A stretch of 52,236 nt of DNA, from IMG/VR virus record IMGVR_UViG_3300006921_000023, positions 1 through 52,236 of that record, one strand, 5' to 3'. This stretch comes from a virus (Duplodnaviria > Caudoviricetes). Positions 1 through 11,300 of the stretch are shown here, piece after piece; the stretch's first letter is position 1; every line of letters starts with the position of its first letter. Under the pieces are notes generated by a model. That model saw only the letters and a program-made list of their open reading frames with translations, had not been told where the DNA came from and ran no database searches. The translations under genes were made by a program, and so were the position numbers.

Positions 1-3000
1 GCAGTACCTACACTCAAGTCAATCAATGAACCTGCATCATTGTTGTTCCAGTTATTAGATTGTATTTTTCCAGTTCTTACTTTATCACCTGATATTGATG
101 TTGTTCCTCTGTATGTAGATTGTTGTGAAGTTCTATATCCTACTACCATGTACTCATCACCATCTTCAGTTGTTGACATTAAGGCAAATGGTGCGGTTCC
201 TTCAAATAACATTCCTGAATTGTGGATACCAGATCCTCCAGTTGTGGATGATCCCACATCTATAGATAATGGTATAACTTTACTTGCCGCTGATAAATCA
301 TAAGTTGCATATAATTCAGTTTGACCGTTTCCTTGCAGTTTGAATGCTTTGATTGTATTCGGTTCAATACTTAATATTTGGAAACCATTTACATCGTGCG
401 GAACAATATATCTATCACCTAACATTTCAACTGGGATTGCATATCTTCCAGCTGCGCCGGCTCCATCACCATCTTCAATAATTTGGAATGGAGTATTCGA
501 AATGTAATAGTCTCCGTACGATCCACCAGTTTGGCCAGTTGGTACTATTTTTTCATATTCGTCACCTAGACTGAATCCATCTACTGGTAGCAATATTGTT
601 TCACCTTTACCTGCTATGACTTGTTTACTTGGTGGGAATACTCCCATCAAATCAGTAGTAGATGATGCCCCATATCGATGATATGCTAATATTGGTTGAT
701 CTGATTCAATTTTTACATACTTTCCAAAATTTTGAGTGTTCTCAAGTGATGATGTTACGCCAGGATCAGCTCCAAAGAAGTTGAAATCATCGGCAAATAA
801 TCCATCATTTACATCTGAATGCGACATTGTTACAGATGCTGATGCGTATGGAGAGAATATGTTAATTTTAGCTGAAGTAGTAGAATCATCACGACGTGAT
901 TTTATATAGAATTCTTTTGATAGCATTGTGAAAGGCAATATTGCATTACCCGTATCATCAGTTACTATCTGTATTGGTTTATCTGCATCAATTATATAAC
1001 CACTTTGTAAATCTTGATATCCCCATTCTCCTACAAAATATTGTTCTGGTTGTACTGATGCTGATATTATTTCACCAGATGCAGATGTTATTGTTATTTG
1101 TGTATTTGGTTCATAAGTTGCATAGAAGATTCTATTTGTAGAATCCATAGTATCCATAACTACCCATTTAGAATTTGCTGAATCATATGCATCTGGTTGT
1201 AGTCCTGATTGGCCACTTACTCTCAATTCTGCATTGTTGATTTGTATATTACCAAATTTATCAAATTCAATAGCTCCACCCGCTAATTGTCCTGCTCCAC
1301 TACCACTTAAAATTATTTCTTTGTTTGGTCCGATTGATATTTCTTCATTGGATGAACTTAAAGCGATGTTGTCTGATGCAAATCGTCCGTCTGTTAAACT
1401 CCATCCTGCAATATCACCTTGACTTGCTGATATCGATCCACTGAAGATTGCACTACCAGATGCTTGTAGATGGAAGTTGGAAGATGATATTTCTATGTTA
1501 CCACCCGAACCAGATACGAATGCACCTTCTTGAGTTGCAGCATCTGCTGGTGTTCCAATTCCAAAGAAGAATGAAGATCCACTAAACTCTAAAGATGAAC
1601 CTGAAATTTGTACTCCTTGTGGGTTGATCATTAAATGTGCTGCGTTACTTGCTGATAAGACATTAAGAGCTATACTGGCTGTTGTTTGTTCAATACTAGT
1701 GACGTCTCCTTGCAACGTTTCAACAGTTGATGTTATATTCGTTGCAGTAACTGAAAGACTTGCGCTTGATTGTACAGCAGAAGTCACATCTATAATAGTG
1801 AAACCATCTATCTGCATTGCAGTGTCATCTTGATGATGATTGACTATCATCATTGGTCTTACATACTTGGTTCCTGTCTTGAATACGTTATAAGGATCCC
1901 CTCCATGTTGGTTATCAGCTGCATTGTTGTCAATTGCTGCAGCTATTGTTGGCCAAGAGCCATCTGCAGATTTTGCATGAGTTGCAACACCAGTTGAAGA
2001 TGTGCTTTCTCCCGTGATTGATCCACTAAAATCATACCATCTGTGGGGATCAGTTTGAGGATTGATAGCTTTTGAAGCTATGAAATATCTATGTGTGCCT
2101 GGATCTTCACTTATATGGTTACCATATTCATCTAAACATATAAATCCTGCATAGAAGTTTGTTGAAGTATGGCCGGCAGATCCTTTATGAGAAACTCTAA
2201 ACTTAACCCGTCCTTGATAAACTCTTGAAGTATCAACTGGAAAGGCTTCAGATCCTACTATTTTAGCGTAATTACTTGAAGTTGCTGTAGATCTGAACTC
2301 CATTGCTTTACCAAATCTTGATCCGGTTAAATCTGATCCAGACGCAAGGTGTGCAAATTTCATTGTAGCTTTTTTAACCGATACATCATCTATATATGCT
2401 ATATCGTCATGATGTACCATATAACTTAAATGAGTGGTAGTATCTTTTGCTACGAAATAAGCTACTCTTTCTACTGCTAGAGCATTACCTGCAGCTGCAT
2501 AAACATGTAAGTATTCACCAGATGGAGTACCATGTGGATTTGCTGTAGCTCCATGAGATGTTCTAAGATAGGCTGGTTGTGCGTTGGTTGTTCCCGTTCC
2601 ATATTGTGGTGTTAGGTGCGCCACTACTTCGTAAGTAGCTCCTACTTCTGTTGAGAACGATTGATAGATTCCCTGCCAACCATATGAACCACCACCACCC
2701 GTTATTTTTAATCTACCAGCATCATGTGATATGGTTGCTCCTGGATAGGCAGCTATAACAGCCCAACCATTGGTATTACTAGCGAATGTTGGATTTGTAA
2801 GAAGTTCAGACTGAGCTGATCCTAACGTACCTGATGTATAGGCTATTCCAGCAAGATGAGTAGCTCCATCAGAAATAAAAAGTTCATCTAAATTTGATCC
2901 AATCGAATCAAGGCCAGCGTAATTACCACTTCCCGCGCCATCCGAACGGTAATGGTCTTTATTCCATCCCGCATATCCTTGTGACCAATCTTGATTGAAG

Positions 3001-6000
3001 AACTGTGATCCAGTTGTAAGTCCTTGTATATTTTGTACTGATAAGTTAATTGATCCAGTCGCAAGTTCTAATGCTGATACTGAACCTTCTAATGTACCTG
3101 ATACTGTGTTCAGTGCTGATACAGATGCATTGATTGATCCAGTTGTTATCTCAAGTTGTGATAAACTTGCTGATTGATCTGTATTAGTTGCAACTGTTAG
3201 ACCGATACTGTAAGCATTCTGATTGATTGATGAGTTTGAAGCTGAGATAGAAGATGAAATCGTTGAAACGAAACTTCCCGAATCTATTTCTAGTTGTGCT
3301 ATACTTGCTGATGCATCTCCTGCTGTTAAAGATAGAGATCCAGTTATTTGTAATGTTGATCCATCCCAAGCTAACTTATCACCTAGACTAAATATACCTT
3401 CTTGGTTTACAGACAGTTGAGGCCAAGTTCCCACCGTACCCGAAGATCCTATATTGAATGCATAGATATATGCAGTTGTTTGATGGGCTGTGAATGAAAT
3501 TTTTCCTGCATTGTAGCCGGTATTACTAGTATCAGACTTTGTAACTCCATTTACTCCAGCATTATATGTTGTAGTGTCTGATATGTAGAATGACCAAGTT
3601 CCTGTGGAAGATGGAATGATCCAATTGAAGTCATATTTAAGTCCGACTACTAAATTAGTGATCGCTTGATAACCATATCCATTTGTAATTAAATTTGTTA
3701 CTTCAGGGGCATTTGTAGTAGTTAAATGACCACCACCTATTGTCCAACCGGTTGTTCCATCTGTTAATGATCCGTTTGTTAAGAAATCGGATCCAGAATC
3801 TCTAGCTACGAACGGAGTATTACTACCTTTCCAATCTCCCGTTCCAAGGAATAATTTTTTATTTGTACCATCCAACGTCACACCTTCACCTGCAGTACCT
3901 ACTGTGAGTTTATTTGAGATGTATCCATCTGCTCCTGCTATATTTGGTGAGTAGATTGATGTGCTTGTTATGAATGTACTTGATCCAGAATATTGACCGG
4001 TTGCGATTGCAGTACCTATATCAATAAATGAACTTATATCTGTTGTTGCTTGTGTGACTTTTTTAACTGCTGGTTTTGCCCAAAGTACGTATGGTGTATC
4101 GTCATCTGCACCGTATGCATCCACATTGTGGAAAGTTCGTATAGAACACCATTTGGATCCTGAACCCCAGATGTAGTCAGTAGTCTGTTTAACCTTTCTA
4201 CCAGTTACAGTATCATACATCCCACCTTTATAGGTGCCATCATAGAAAGATGAAGAACCGTGTATATATGCTACAACTAGATACCAACGATCTTGTTGTC
4301 CTCCTCTACCTCCATCTGCAATGGATTGTGTGAAGTTTCCTTTTGAAGATACTCCATCTCCTGAGAGCGAGAGGAAGTATGGATTCCAGTTAGCTGTATT
4401 TGGAGTGGCAGAGTGATATCGCATTCCTCCCATAGCAGCTCCCGCTGCATATGCATTCCCTGAAGATGCATACTCAGCAAGGTCATAAAGTATCCCATTT
4501 GGTCCCCAAGAACCTACTGAAAGAAATTGTGGCCAATTTTTATGTGCAGCATCACCTGGATTTGTATGTGAACCAGATGCACCTTGGAATACATTATCAT
4601 CTCCAGAACGTGCTCCAATGTACCAAGAACCAGTCATTCTAGATTCACCTGGGAAGTTTACATACATAGAAACTTGGTATGTTTGCATGTGATCTACCTC
4701 AAACCAATCCGTGTAAAAACCACCACCGTCTGTATCTGAATCTGGTGATGCTACCCAAACTTTTTCGTTGAGTCCATGTGGTCCGACTGACATTGATATT
4801 TCATTGTCTGTTGTTTCACCAATTTTATAATAATTTGGTGTTGCTGATTGAACCCATGGATCTGTTATAGATAAATTAGAAAAATCATTTAATATATTTT
4901 CGCCTGGTAGCATTGTACTACCAAATGATAAGTTAACTGCTGGTCCTAATCTTACGCCATCTGTTTCATCATATTGTATGAAACTTCCAGTTGGATTTCC
5001 ATCACCGATATATGCTCTTGGTGCACCCGAGTTATTTTCTAATTGTATTCCAGTTCCACTAAATTTAGATGAGCTTAATGATAATTTTCCTGCTGCATCT
5101 AATCTAGCATCATTCTTGAATATTGATCCGGAATCAACTGTCCATCCACCGATCAATGCTTCGGATGCTGTTACATCTCCTTCGATAAGTCCAGCACTTG
5201 CTGAGAATGCTCCATCCTGATCAACTTGGAAATGAGATGATGATATCATGTAAGTACCATTTGGTTCTAATTTAATCTTATTACCGCCATCTGTGAATTT
5301 ATCTGATTCTATTTTCCATCCAGCTATATTACCTGCAGATGCTGATACCGTACCTTCAATCGTTAAATTTGTTCCATCAAAATATAATTTTGCAGTATCT
5401 GCTAATCCACCTAGATGTAGTTTACCTCCATCAAGGTCAATCATTGAACCTGCATTATTGTTATTCCAATTATTTGATTGTACTTGTCCAGTTTTAATTT
5501 GATCACCTGATATAGTTGTACCAGTGCTAGTTCCAGCTGGATTCAGATAAAGAGCTCTTACTTGTCTTTCTGATAAACTTCCGGTGTATATTCTTATCTC
5601 ATCTATTGATCCATTCCATCCATGTCCGTAATTTACTGCATATTCACTACTGGCTAGATCTGCACCTCCTCCAATTCGTGTGAAACTAAAACCTGCTTGA
5701 CTAGTTCCAGTTGCTGTCCATGCATCCGTACCTTCCAGTACTCCATCAATATATAATTCGTTCAGTTGATATTTGGATACTAGTACATAGTGGTGCCATT
5801 CTGTGTCAGCTACTACGTTTGAAGTCCAGCTGGAATGATTACCTCCAGTGTTATCTGTTCCTTCATGATTCCATCTAAACTTACCTCCCGATACACCGAT
5901 GTCAATGAAATTATTAAATGGAGATCCATATAATATTCTTTGGTATTTAGTGTTGGTGGAGCCATCTGTTATAGAGTTTCGTCTGGCCCAGAATGAGATT

Positions 6001-8375
6001 GCAAATGCATTATCAGTACCATAGGAATCAACAGCTGTTGTTGGTATATCAACATATTGACCTGACCCAGAGTTAGGTACTGTAATAGCTGTGAAGCTTA
6101 ATGCTTTACCAGAAATCGATCCTGATATTCCAGAACCTGATATCCAAGTCGGCAGTCCGTTTGGTGTGCCTGTGGAAACAGTTAGCGTTCCATGTGCTGC
6201 TTCTCCTGATTGATCTAATGCCGTGCTTCCCGTTCCTTGGTTAAATGAATAATGTCGAATTAAGTTTTGATCTGATGGAAGTTGTGGAAGAGATCCTACT
6301 GATAACTGACCACCTACAGTTACTGAGCTTCCTATTTCAACCGAACCAGTTATTACACCCGAACCTTTGAATAAGAAATCTGATGCTGTTATCTGTCCTG
6401 TAGATTTTAATACTAAATTATCATTTGAACTTGAGATGGTTGCTGTGTCAATGCTGAATCCACCTATGTCGCCTGATAGAGCTGATATTTTTCCAGTCAG
6501 ATAAACATTCTCTGAATATAATCCATAGCCACTCAATGCACCGAATGTTGGATCTGTTATTCCTGTTAAGTTTCCTAACCGTGCTTTTATTTTATCTGAT
6601 GTATTAAATGCAGCGTGACTATCTACTCCATCTATAACATCTATATATGGTGAGTTTGTATCTTGAGCTGTTAAGTATATTGCAGCATCTCTATCAGTAT
6701 CAACTGTGCTACCTATTCTCACATAATCAAAACTTGATGATGGTGGAGTTGTTCCCCCGTCTACCACTGCAATTACAGATCCACTATCACTTCGTGAAAC
6801 CACAATCATGTTGGACTGATATACATTTGCACCGTCGAATTTCTGAGCTCTGATTAAATCACCTCTGACAAATCCATGGTCTAATGCATCACTTCCAGTT
6901 TCAAAATATAATGAGTGTGATACGCCACCAGCTATATATCCACCAATATGAGATGATGATATTATTTTTCCTGCGTTGGATATCCATAAAGATCCATTAG
7001 TAGCTCTTACTTGATTTGCAACTAATTCATATACTTGGAATTCACCACGAACGGATAATCTATCGAATTCTGCAAATGTTCCATTCGATCCAGATCCTAT
7101 TCTAAATCCAGATCCCGCGAATCCACTGAAGTAGGAAGGAGAGCTGATAATATTTGTAGATCCATCTCCTACAATCATATCACCATATACTTGTAATTTA
7201 GCAACTGGATTACCTGACGTTAATCCTATAGCGGTATCTCCACTATCTACATCTATAGTGAATAAATTATTTGTAGAACCACCTTTTCGAATTGTAAGAT
7301 GGTTATCATTACCATCATATACAAAACCTGCTCCACCATAATGAGGTGATGCACCTGTAGAATTATCTGCAAACCATAGAGATGCTTGTGATGTAGAATC
7401 TTCATCTCCAAATAGAGTCATAACTACATTTGCAGTTCCGTCACCAATCTGCAGATCTGCTGTAGAAGCTGCCGTATTGATTCCTACATAACCACTCGTA
7501 TTGATCATGAAATTAGGAGTAGTTGTATCTCCAAACCAAATATAATCCTCACCGCCAGTACGTGTTTCCGTATCTACCCTAAGACCTATTCCTGATCCGT
7601 TAAGTCTCGTGTTAACATCTAATCGGGCTGCAGGACTTGATTGTGCAATACCGACATTTCCCTTCATATCAATTCTAAACGTTTCAGCTAATCCATCTGG
7701 AACACCATCTGCTGCAATATCTCTTTCTTGTTCAATCACAAAGTCTGCTGCACCCCCTGCTGTTCTTTGAGCTCCTAGTTTTACACCATATCGATCTAAA
7801 GTAGTATTGGGACTTGTCTTAAAGAATATAGCTGTTCCTGCACCAGCTGTATATGAGTCTTGTTGAAGAACTTGATATGTTGTGAAAGTATTTGCTGATG
7901 ACTGACTTAGTTCTAGCAGTGCGTGAGGATTAGCTGTTCCTATACCAACATTACCACCTTGTGGAATTTGTATGATTGGATTACCTGCTGTTCCAATTTC
8001 TAAATTATTGCTCGATTTCCAGTCAATTTTTCCATGGCCTCCATTTATAGAGAAGGAGAATGTATGATTGTTTCCTGAGGGATTTGGTAGTCCGAATTCG
8101 TAGTTGTAACTTCTTTCAGTCATCTTCAATAATGGACGATCTGAATATGCACCAGTTTGAGTTGTTCCATCGGATGTTTTATTTATATGTAAGTGGCCTG
8201 TGGGAGAAGTAGTTCCAATACCTATCATTGGGCCATAACCCTTAGTACCAGAAACTGATGGGATAGTGCTACCAGCTGTTGAGTGTGATACGTATAAGGC
8301 TGTGGATTCTGATACTTGTATATCGTATCCAGCGCTTGAACTTATATGTCCGTCATATATAAAAATATCTGCCAT
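1..8375 (-). CDS. Giant multi-domain tail fibre / receptor-binding protein, >2790 aa, running off the left edge of the window
   Basis: Absent from the ORF track because it has no stop in the window. The ATG at 8375 lies just after the upstream stop at 8377. My manual translation (MADIFIYDGHISSSAGY...QSNNWNNDAGSLIDLSVGT) stays open to position 3. It contains GNVGIGT-type fibre repeats, a LamG-like domain (~5560-6270: HYSFNQGTG...WHHYVLV...LYIDG...GSIDEIRIY), CBM-like starts (LLTNPTF..NGW, FLTNGSL..TGW) and an IgGFc-binding-like region. Confidence 0.85.
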   Translation of the reverse strand, partial: MADIFIYDGHISSSAGYDIQVSESTALYVSHSTAGSTIPSVSGTKGYGPMIGIGTTSPTGHLHINKTSDGTTQTGAYSDRPLLKMTERSYNYEFGLPNPSGNNHTFSFSINGGHGKIDWKSSNNLEIGTAGNPIIQIPQGGNVGIGTANPHALLELSQSSANTFTTYQVLQQDSYTAGAGTAIFFKTSPNTTLDRYGVKLGAQRTAGGAADFVIEQERDIAADGVPDGLAETFRIDMKGNVGIAQSSPAARLDVNTRLNGSGIGLRVDTETRTGGEDYIWFGDTTTPNFMINTSGYVGINTAASTADLQIGDGTANVVMTLFGDEDSTSQASLWFADNSTGASPHYGGAGFVYDGNDNHLTIRKGGSTNNLFTIDVDSGDTAIGLTSGNPVAKLQVYGDMIVGDGSTNIISSPSYFSGFAGSGFRIGSGSNGTFAEFDRLSVRGEFQVYELVANQVRATNGSLWISNAGKIISSSHIGGYIAGGVSHSLYFETGSDALDHGFVRGDLIRAQKFDGANVYQSNMIVVSRSDSGSVIAVVDGGTTPPSSSFDYVRIGSTVDTDRDAAIYLTAQDTNSPYIDVIDGVDSHAAFNTSDKIKARLGNLTGITDPTFGALSGYGLYSENVYLTGKISALSGDIGGFSIDTATISSSNDNLVLKSTGQITASDFLFKGSGVITGSVEIGSSVTVGGQLSVGSLPQLPSDQNLIRHYSFNQGTGSTALDQSGEAAHGTLTVSTGTPNGLPTWISGSGISGSISGKALSFTAITVPNSGSGQYVDIPTTAVDSYGTDNAFAISFWARRNSITDGSTNTKYQRILYGSPFNNFIDIGVSGGKFRWNHEGTDNTGGNHSSWTSNVVADTEWHHYVLVSKYQLNELYIDGVLEGTDAWTATGTSQAGFSFTRIGGGADLASSEYAVNYGHGWNGSIDEIRIYTGSLSERQVRALYLNPAGTSTGTTISGDQIKTGQVQSNNWNNNNAGSMIDLDGGKLHLGGLADTAKLYFDGTNLTIEGTVSASAGNIAGWKIESDKFTDGGNKIKLEPNGTYMISSSHFQVDQDGAFSASAGLIEGDVTASEALIGGWTVDSGSIFKNDARLDAAGKLSLSSSKFSGTGIQLENNSGAPRAYIGDGNPTGSFIQYDETDGVRLGPAVNLSFGSTMLPGENILNDFSNLSITDPWVQSATPNYYKIGETTDNEISMSVGPHGLNEKVWVASPDSDTDGGGFYTDWFEVDHMQTYQVSMYVNFPGESRMTGSWYIGARSGDDNVFQGASGSHTNPGDAAHKNWPQFLSVGSWGPNGILYDLAEYASSGNAYAAGAAMGGMRYHSATPNTANWNPYFLSLSGDGVSSKGNFTQSIADGGRGGQQDRWYLVVAYIHGSSSFYDGTYKGGMYDTVTGRKVKQTTDYIWGSGSKWCSIRTFHNVDAYGADDDTPYVLWAKPAVKKVTQATTDISSFIDIGTAIATGQYSGSSTFITSTSIYSPNIAGADGYISNKLTVGTAGEGVTLDGTNKKLFLGTGDWKGSNTPFVARDSGSDFLTNGSLTDGTTGWTIGGGHLTTTNAPEVTNLITNGYGYQAITNLVVGLKYDFNWIIPSSTGTWSFYISDTTTYNAGVNGVTKSDTSNTGYNAGKISFTAHQTTAYIYAFNIGSSGTVGTWPQLSVNQEGIFSLGDKLAWDGSTLQITGSLSLTAGDASASIAQLEIDSGSFVSTISSSISASNSSINQNAYSIGLTVATNTDQSASLSQLEITTGSINASVSALNTVSGTLEGSVSALELATGSINLSVQNIQGLTTGSQFFNQDWSQGYAGWNKDHYRSDGAGSGNYAGLDSIGSNLDELFISDGATHLAGIAYTSGTLGSAQSELLTNPTFASNTNGWAVIAAYPGATISHDAGRLKITGGGGSYGWQGIYQSFSTEVGATYEVVAHLTPQYGTGTTNAQPAYLRTSHGATANPHGTPSGEYLHVYAAAGNALAVERVAYFVAKDTTTHLSYMVHHDDIAYIDDVSVKKATMKFAHLASGSDLTGSRFGKAMEFRSTATSSNYAKIVGSEAFPVDTSRVYQGRVKFRVSHKGSAGHTSTNFYAGFICLDEYGNHISEDPGTHRYFIASKAINPQTDPHRWYDFSGSITGESTSSTGVATHAKSADGSWPTIAAAIDNNAADNQHGGDPYNVFKTGTKYVRPMMIVNHHQDDTAMQIDGFTIIDVTSAVQSSASLSVTATNITSTVETLQGDVTSIEQTTASIALNVLSASNAAHLMINPQGVQISGSSLEFSGSSFFFGIGTPADAATQEGAFVSGSGGNIEISSSNFHLQASGSAIFSGSISASQGDIAGWSLTDGRFASDNIALSSSNEEISIGPNKEIILSGSGAGQLAGGAIEFDKFGNIQINNAELRVSGQSGLQPDAYDSANSKWVVMDTMDSTNRIFYATYEPNTQITITSASGEIISASVQPEQYFVGEWGYQDLQSGYIIDADKPIQIVTDDTGNAILPFTMLSKEFYIKSRRDDSTTSAKINIFSPYASASVTMSHSDVNDGLFADDFNFFGADPGVTSSLENTQNFGKYVKIESDQPILAYHRYGASSTTDLMGVFPPSKQVIAGKGETILLPVDGFSLGDEYEKIVPTGQTGGSYGDYYISNTPFQIIEDGDGAGAAGRYAIPVEMLGDRYIVPHDVNGFQILSIEPNTIKAFKLQGNGQTELYATYDLSAASKVIPLSIDVGSSTTGGSGIHNSGMLFEGTAPFALMSTTEDGDEYMVVGYRTSQQSTYRGTTSISGDKVRTGKIQSNNWNNNDAGSLIDLSVGT
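16..95 (-). repeat. Intragenic repeat, copy 2 (ISGDKVRTGKIQSNNWNNDAGSLIDL)
   Basis: 80-nt segment collinear with 5434..5513 at both protein and nucleotide level. Confidence 0.85.
5434..5513 (-). repeat. Intragenic repeat, copy 1 (ISGDQIKTGQVQSNNWNNNAGSMIDL)
   Basis: 80-nt segment collinear with 16..95. Confidence 0.85.
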
Positions 8376-8376
8376 G

Positions 8377-11300
8377 TTATAGTTTTCTAATCATACCTTT
8401 TATTAGGTTGGATTCACCGTTCGATGATTCTAATGCTTGTGCTATTACTGTTCCTGTCCTTAATAAATATTCGTCTGGTTGAGCTTTCGCGTGTCCTATT
8501 TTGTCGGATGTTGTCAAGAAATCCCCTTCTTTCACTTCACCAGTTACTAGAATTGGTTCCGCTCCCAATATGATTGGTTCATCTTTCCCTTCTTGCGTCA
8601 CACCCATTACCATTTTATCTTGTTCTTTATATGATGCTACTAATTTACCGTTTTTCCAAACAACTATTGTACCAGTTTCTAGTTCTCCGATACCCTCAGT
8701 TGCAAGTCCAGTCTCAAAGATCGCTCCTACCGTCGTTTGTACTGCAAACACATCACTAAATCTTACTGCTTTAGTTCCTAATGCATGTTCATTATCACCA
8801 AACGTCCCAATCGCTCCAGATACTTGTAATGCAAATCCATTTGCATGTGGCGTTGCAACTCCAATACCTATTCCACCCGCTCCATCTGCTACCCATTCCT
8901 TTCTATCATCAGTTTCGTTATATAGTTGGAATGCATCTCCATCGTTTCTTAAATGATACTCATCACTAGATCCAATTTTTGTTTTTATAAATGCTGCTGG
9001 GCCATTTTCTAGTATTATATCTACCGATCCACTTACATGTACACCATCTAAACTTGCAGTAATATTTGTAAAAGATCCAGATCCATTAGCTAAGATTGAT
9101 CCAGTAATTATCATATCATCAACTATATCTATTTTAGTAGCTGAACCACTTGATTCGAAACGTGCAGCATATATTGTTCCACTAGCACTTATATCACCAA
9201 GTATAGATAATGTTGATTCTGGATTGTTTAATCCGATACCAACTCGTTGTGTTGAGTCGTCTACAAATATTGCGTTATCGTAATTAGTAGATCTGATTTC
9301 TACGTCTTGGCCGCTTGCATTACCTCGCAGATATAGAATTTCATTACTTGCTCCAACATAACCATTATATGTTCCATCCGTATCCTTGAAGTATAATGTT
9401 GGATCGCTTGATTCTATTATTATATCGTTACTCGTACTTATAATACCAGTCGATGTAATGTGGGTATGTTCTGTTCCATTAGTTCTGAAGAACATATTGT
9501 CAGTGGTGTGGTCGTATTTTATCATTCCTATACTACCGTTTCCACTATCTCCAAATGTAACTCTACTTGAATGTCCAGTTCCCCCTAATATTTCAATTCC
9601 TGCGATTGCCGAGTTTTCTACTGTTAGTTGATATCCAACGTCTGGTGTTTGTCCTGAGTCTCCATCTTTAACGTGTAGTGTGTTTTCTGGATCAATTGTT
9701 CCTATACCAACTCTTCTATATACATCTACATCTTGATCAGTCATATCATATGCAGTACATGATGCTAAATACCATACTGTTGCAGGACCAGCTTCATCTA
9801 AGTATACATGTCCTGCAGAGCTAAAAGAATGTCCCTCGAGCTCGTAAGAACCAACGTGGTTGACTCTAGCATACCATTCCCATTTACCAGTTCCCATAGT
9901 GTTAGTTAACCAGTAACTATCTTTATCTCTTCCTTGGCTATTTTCAGCTAGAGTTAAATATCTTCCTTCTGGTATGAGTGCTTGGAATACTTGGACAACC
10001 GTTTTACCCTCTCCAGTATAGACTTGATAGAATCCACCATCTCCAGGAACAGCTGCTCCTCCGTCATATGTAATTTGGATAACATTTCCAGATCCGTTTG
10101 GTGCCACACTACCTGTGAGTGAAGCACCATTTGGTGAGAATCCAAAGAAGTCATCTGCTAATTGTTGAGACCAAGGTTGCCAAGAGTGAGATACATATCC
10201 AGATCCTGCATTGTTGTATACTTGGACATCATTTTTACCATCTGCAAACTCTTTATCTAAAAATAAACATTTTCCTGATTTTTGAATAGCTCCTACTATT
10301 GGATTGAATGGTCCTCTCGTTTCTGTTTCTCCACCCATATATAAAATTCTACGAGTCCCAATGCTTGGAGTTTCCGACATTGCCAATCCTCCATAAATAT
10401 CCAACGATTCAGAAGTAATACCTGTCGGTGTATTTCCTAAAGCTATTTTAGTTGGAACGTAAAAAGCATCATTTGCTCCTGAGTAATAAATCGCATTATC
10501 GTCGGAATTATCCTTGAATGATATACCAGTTAATCCATCTGAGGATTCAACTCTAAAAGGAGTATCATCTGAAGATATTACATGTAGTGGTTTATCTGGT
10601 GCTGTTGTATTTATACCAACTCGTTTCTGTGTTGGCCACACAGTGAAGTTTTCATAATCTGTAGATCCTGTTCCAATGTGGAATTTTGCATCTTTTGAGA
10701 TTAGCGAGAATGCAGTGTCATCGTCTTCAATAATAATCAATGCTTTATCATTAGTACTTTTGAATCGGGCTACTGAGTTAATACCATTTCGTCCTTCGAC
10801 ATCTAGTGTATATATTGGAGATATAGTTCCTATACCAACTGCCGAATGCAATCCAAATATACCACCTCCGGAGAATGATCCAGTTCCACTTCCACTTATA
10901 TCTGCAGAAGCTGTTATGTTTCCATCTACAGTTAATCCAGAGCTATCTGCTAGAAGCCAATTTTCTTCATTGAAAGGAGCGGTTGCACTATCAGCTACTG
11001 GTGAGGCCGTTTCAACATTTGTTTTTCCAATTGCAAACAAATCATCTCCTATCATCATTACACCATGTCCAGAAGTACTATTACCAGCAGCTTTGAAAGA
11101 CATATAGTCTCCAGTATTAGCCAGCCAACCGGTATAAATAATATCGTGGTTAGGAGCATTTGTCCAACCCGGTGTATATTTTCTTAGTATAGTAGAATTG
11201 TCTACTACGAGTCCTCCTTCAATAATTATATTACCTGATGCTGATATGTGGCCACTTGCACTTATAATACCATCAGCTGAAATACTTAACTTTTCTACAT

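Noticed and set aside
3184-10154. Short minus-strand ORFs 3184..3369, 4277..4498 and 9954..10154
   Set aside because: Out-of-frame ORFs nested inside the large fibre genes.
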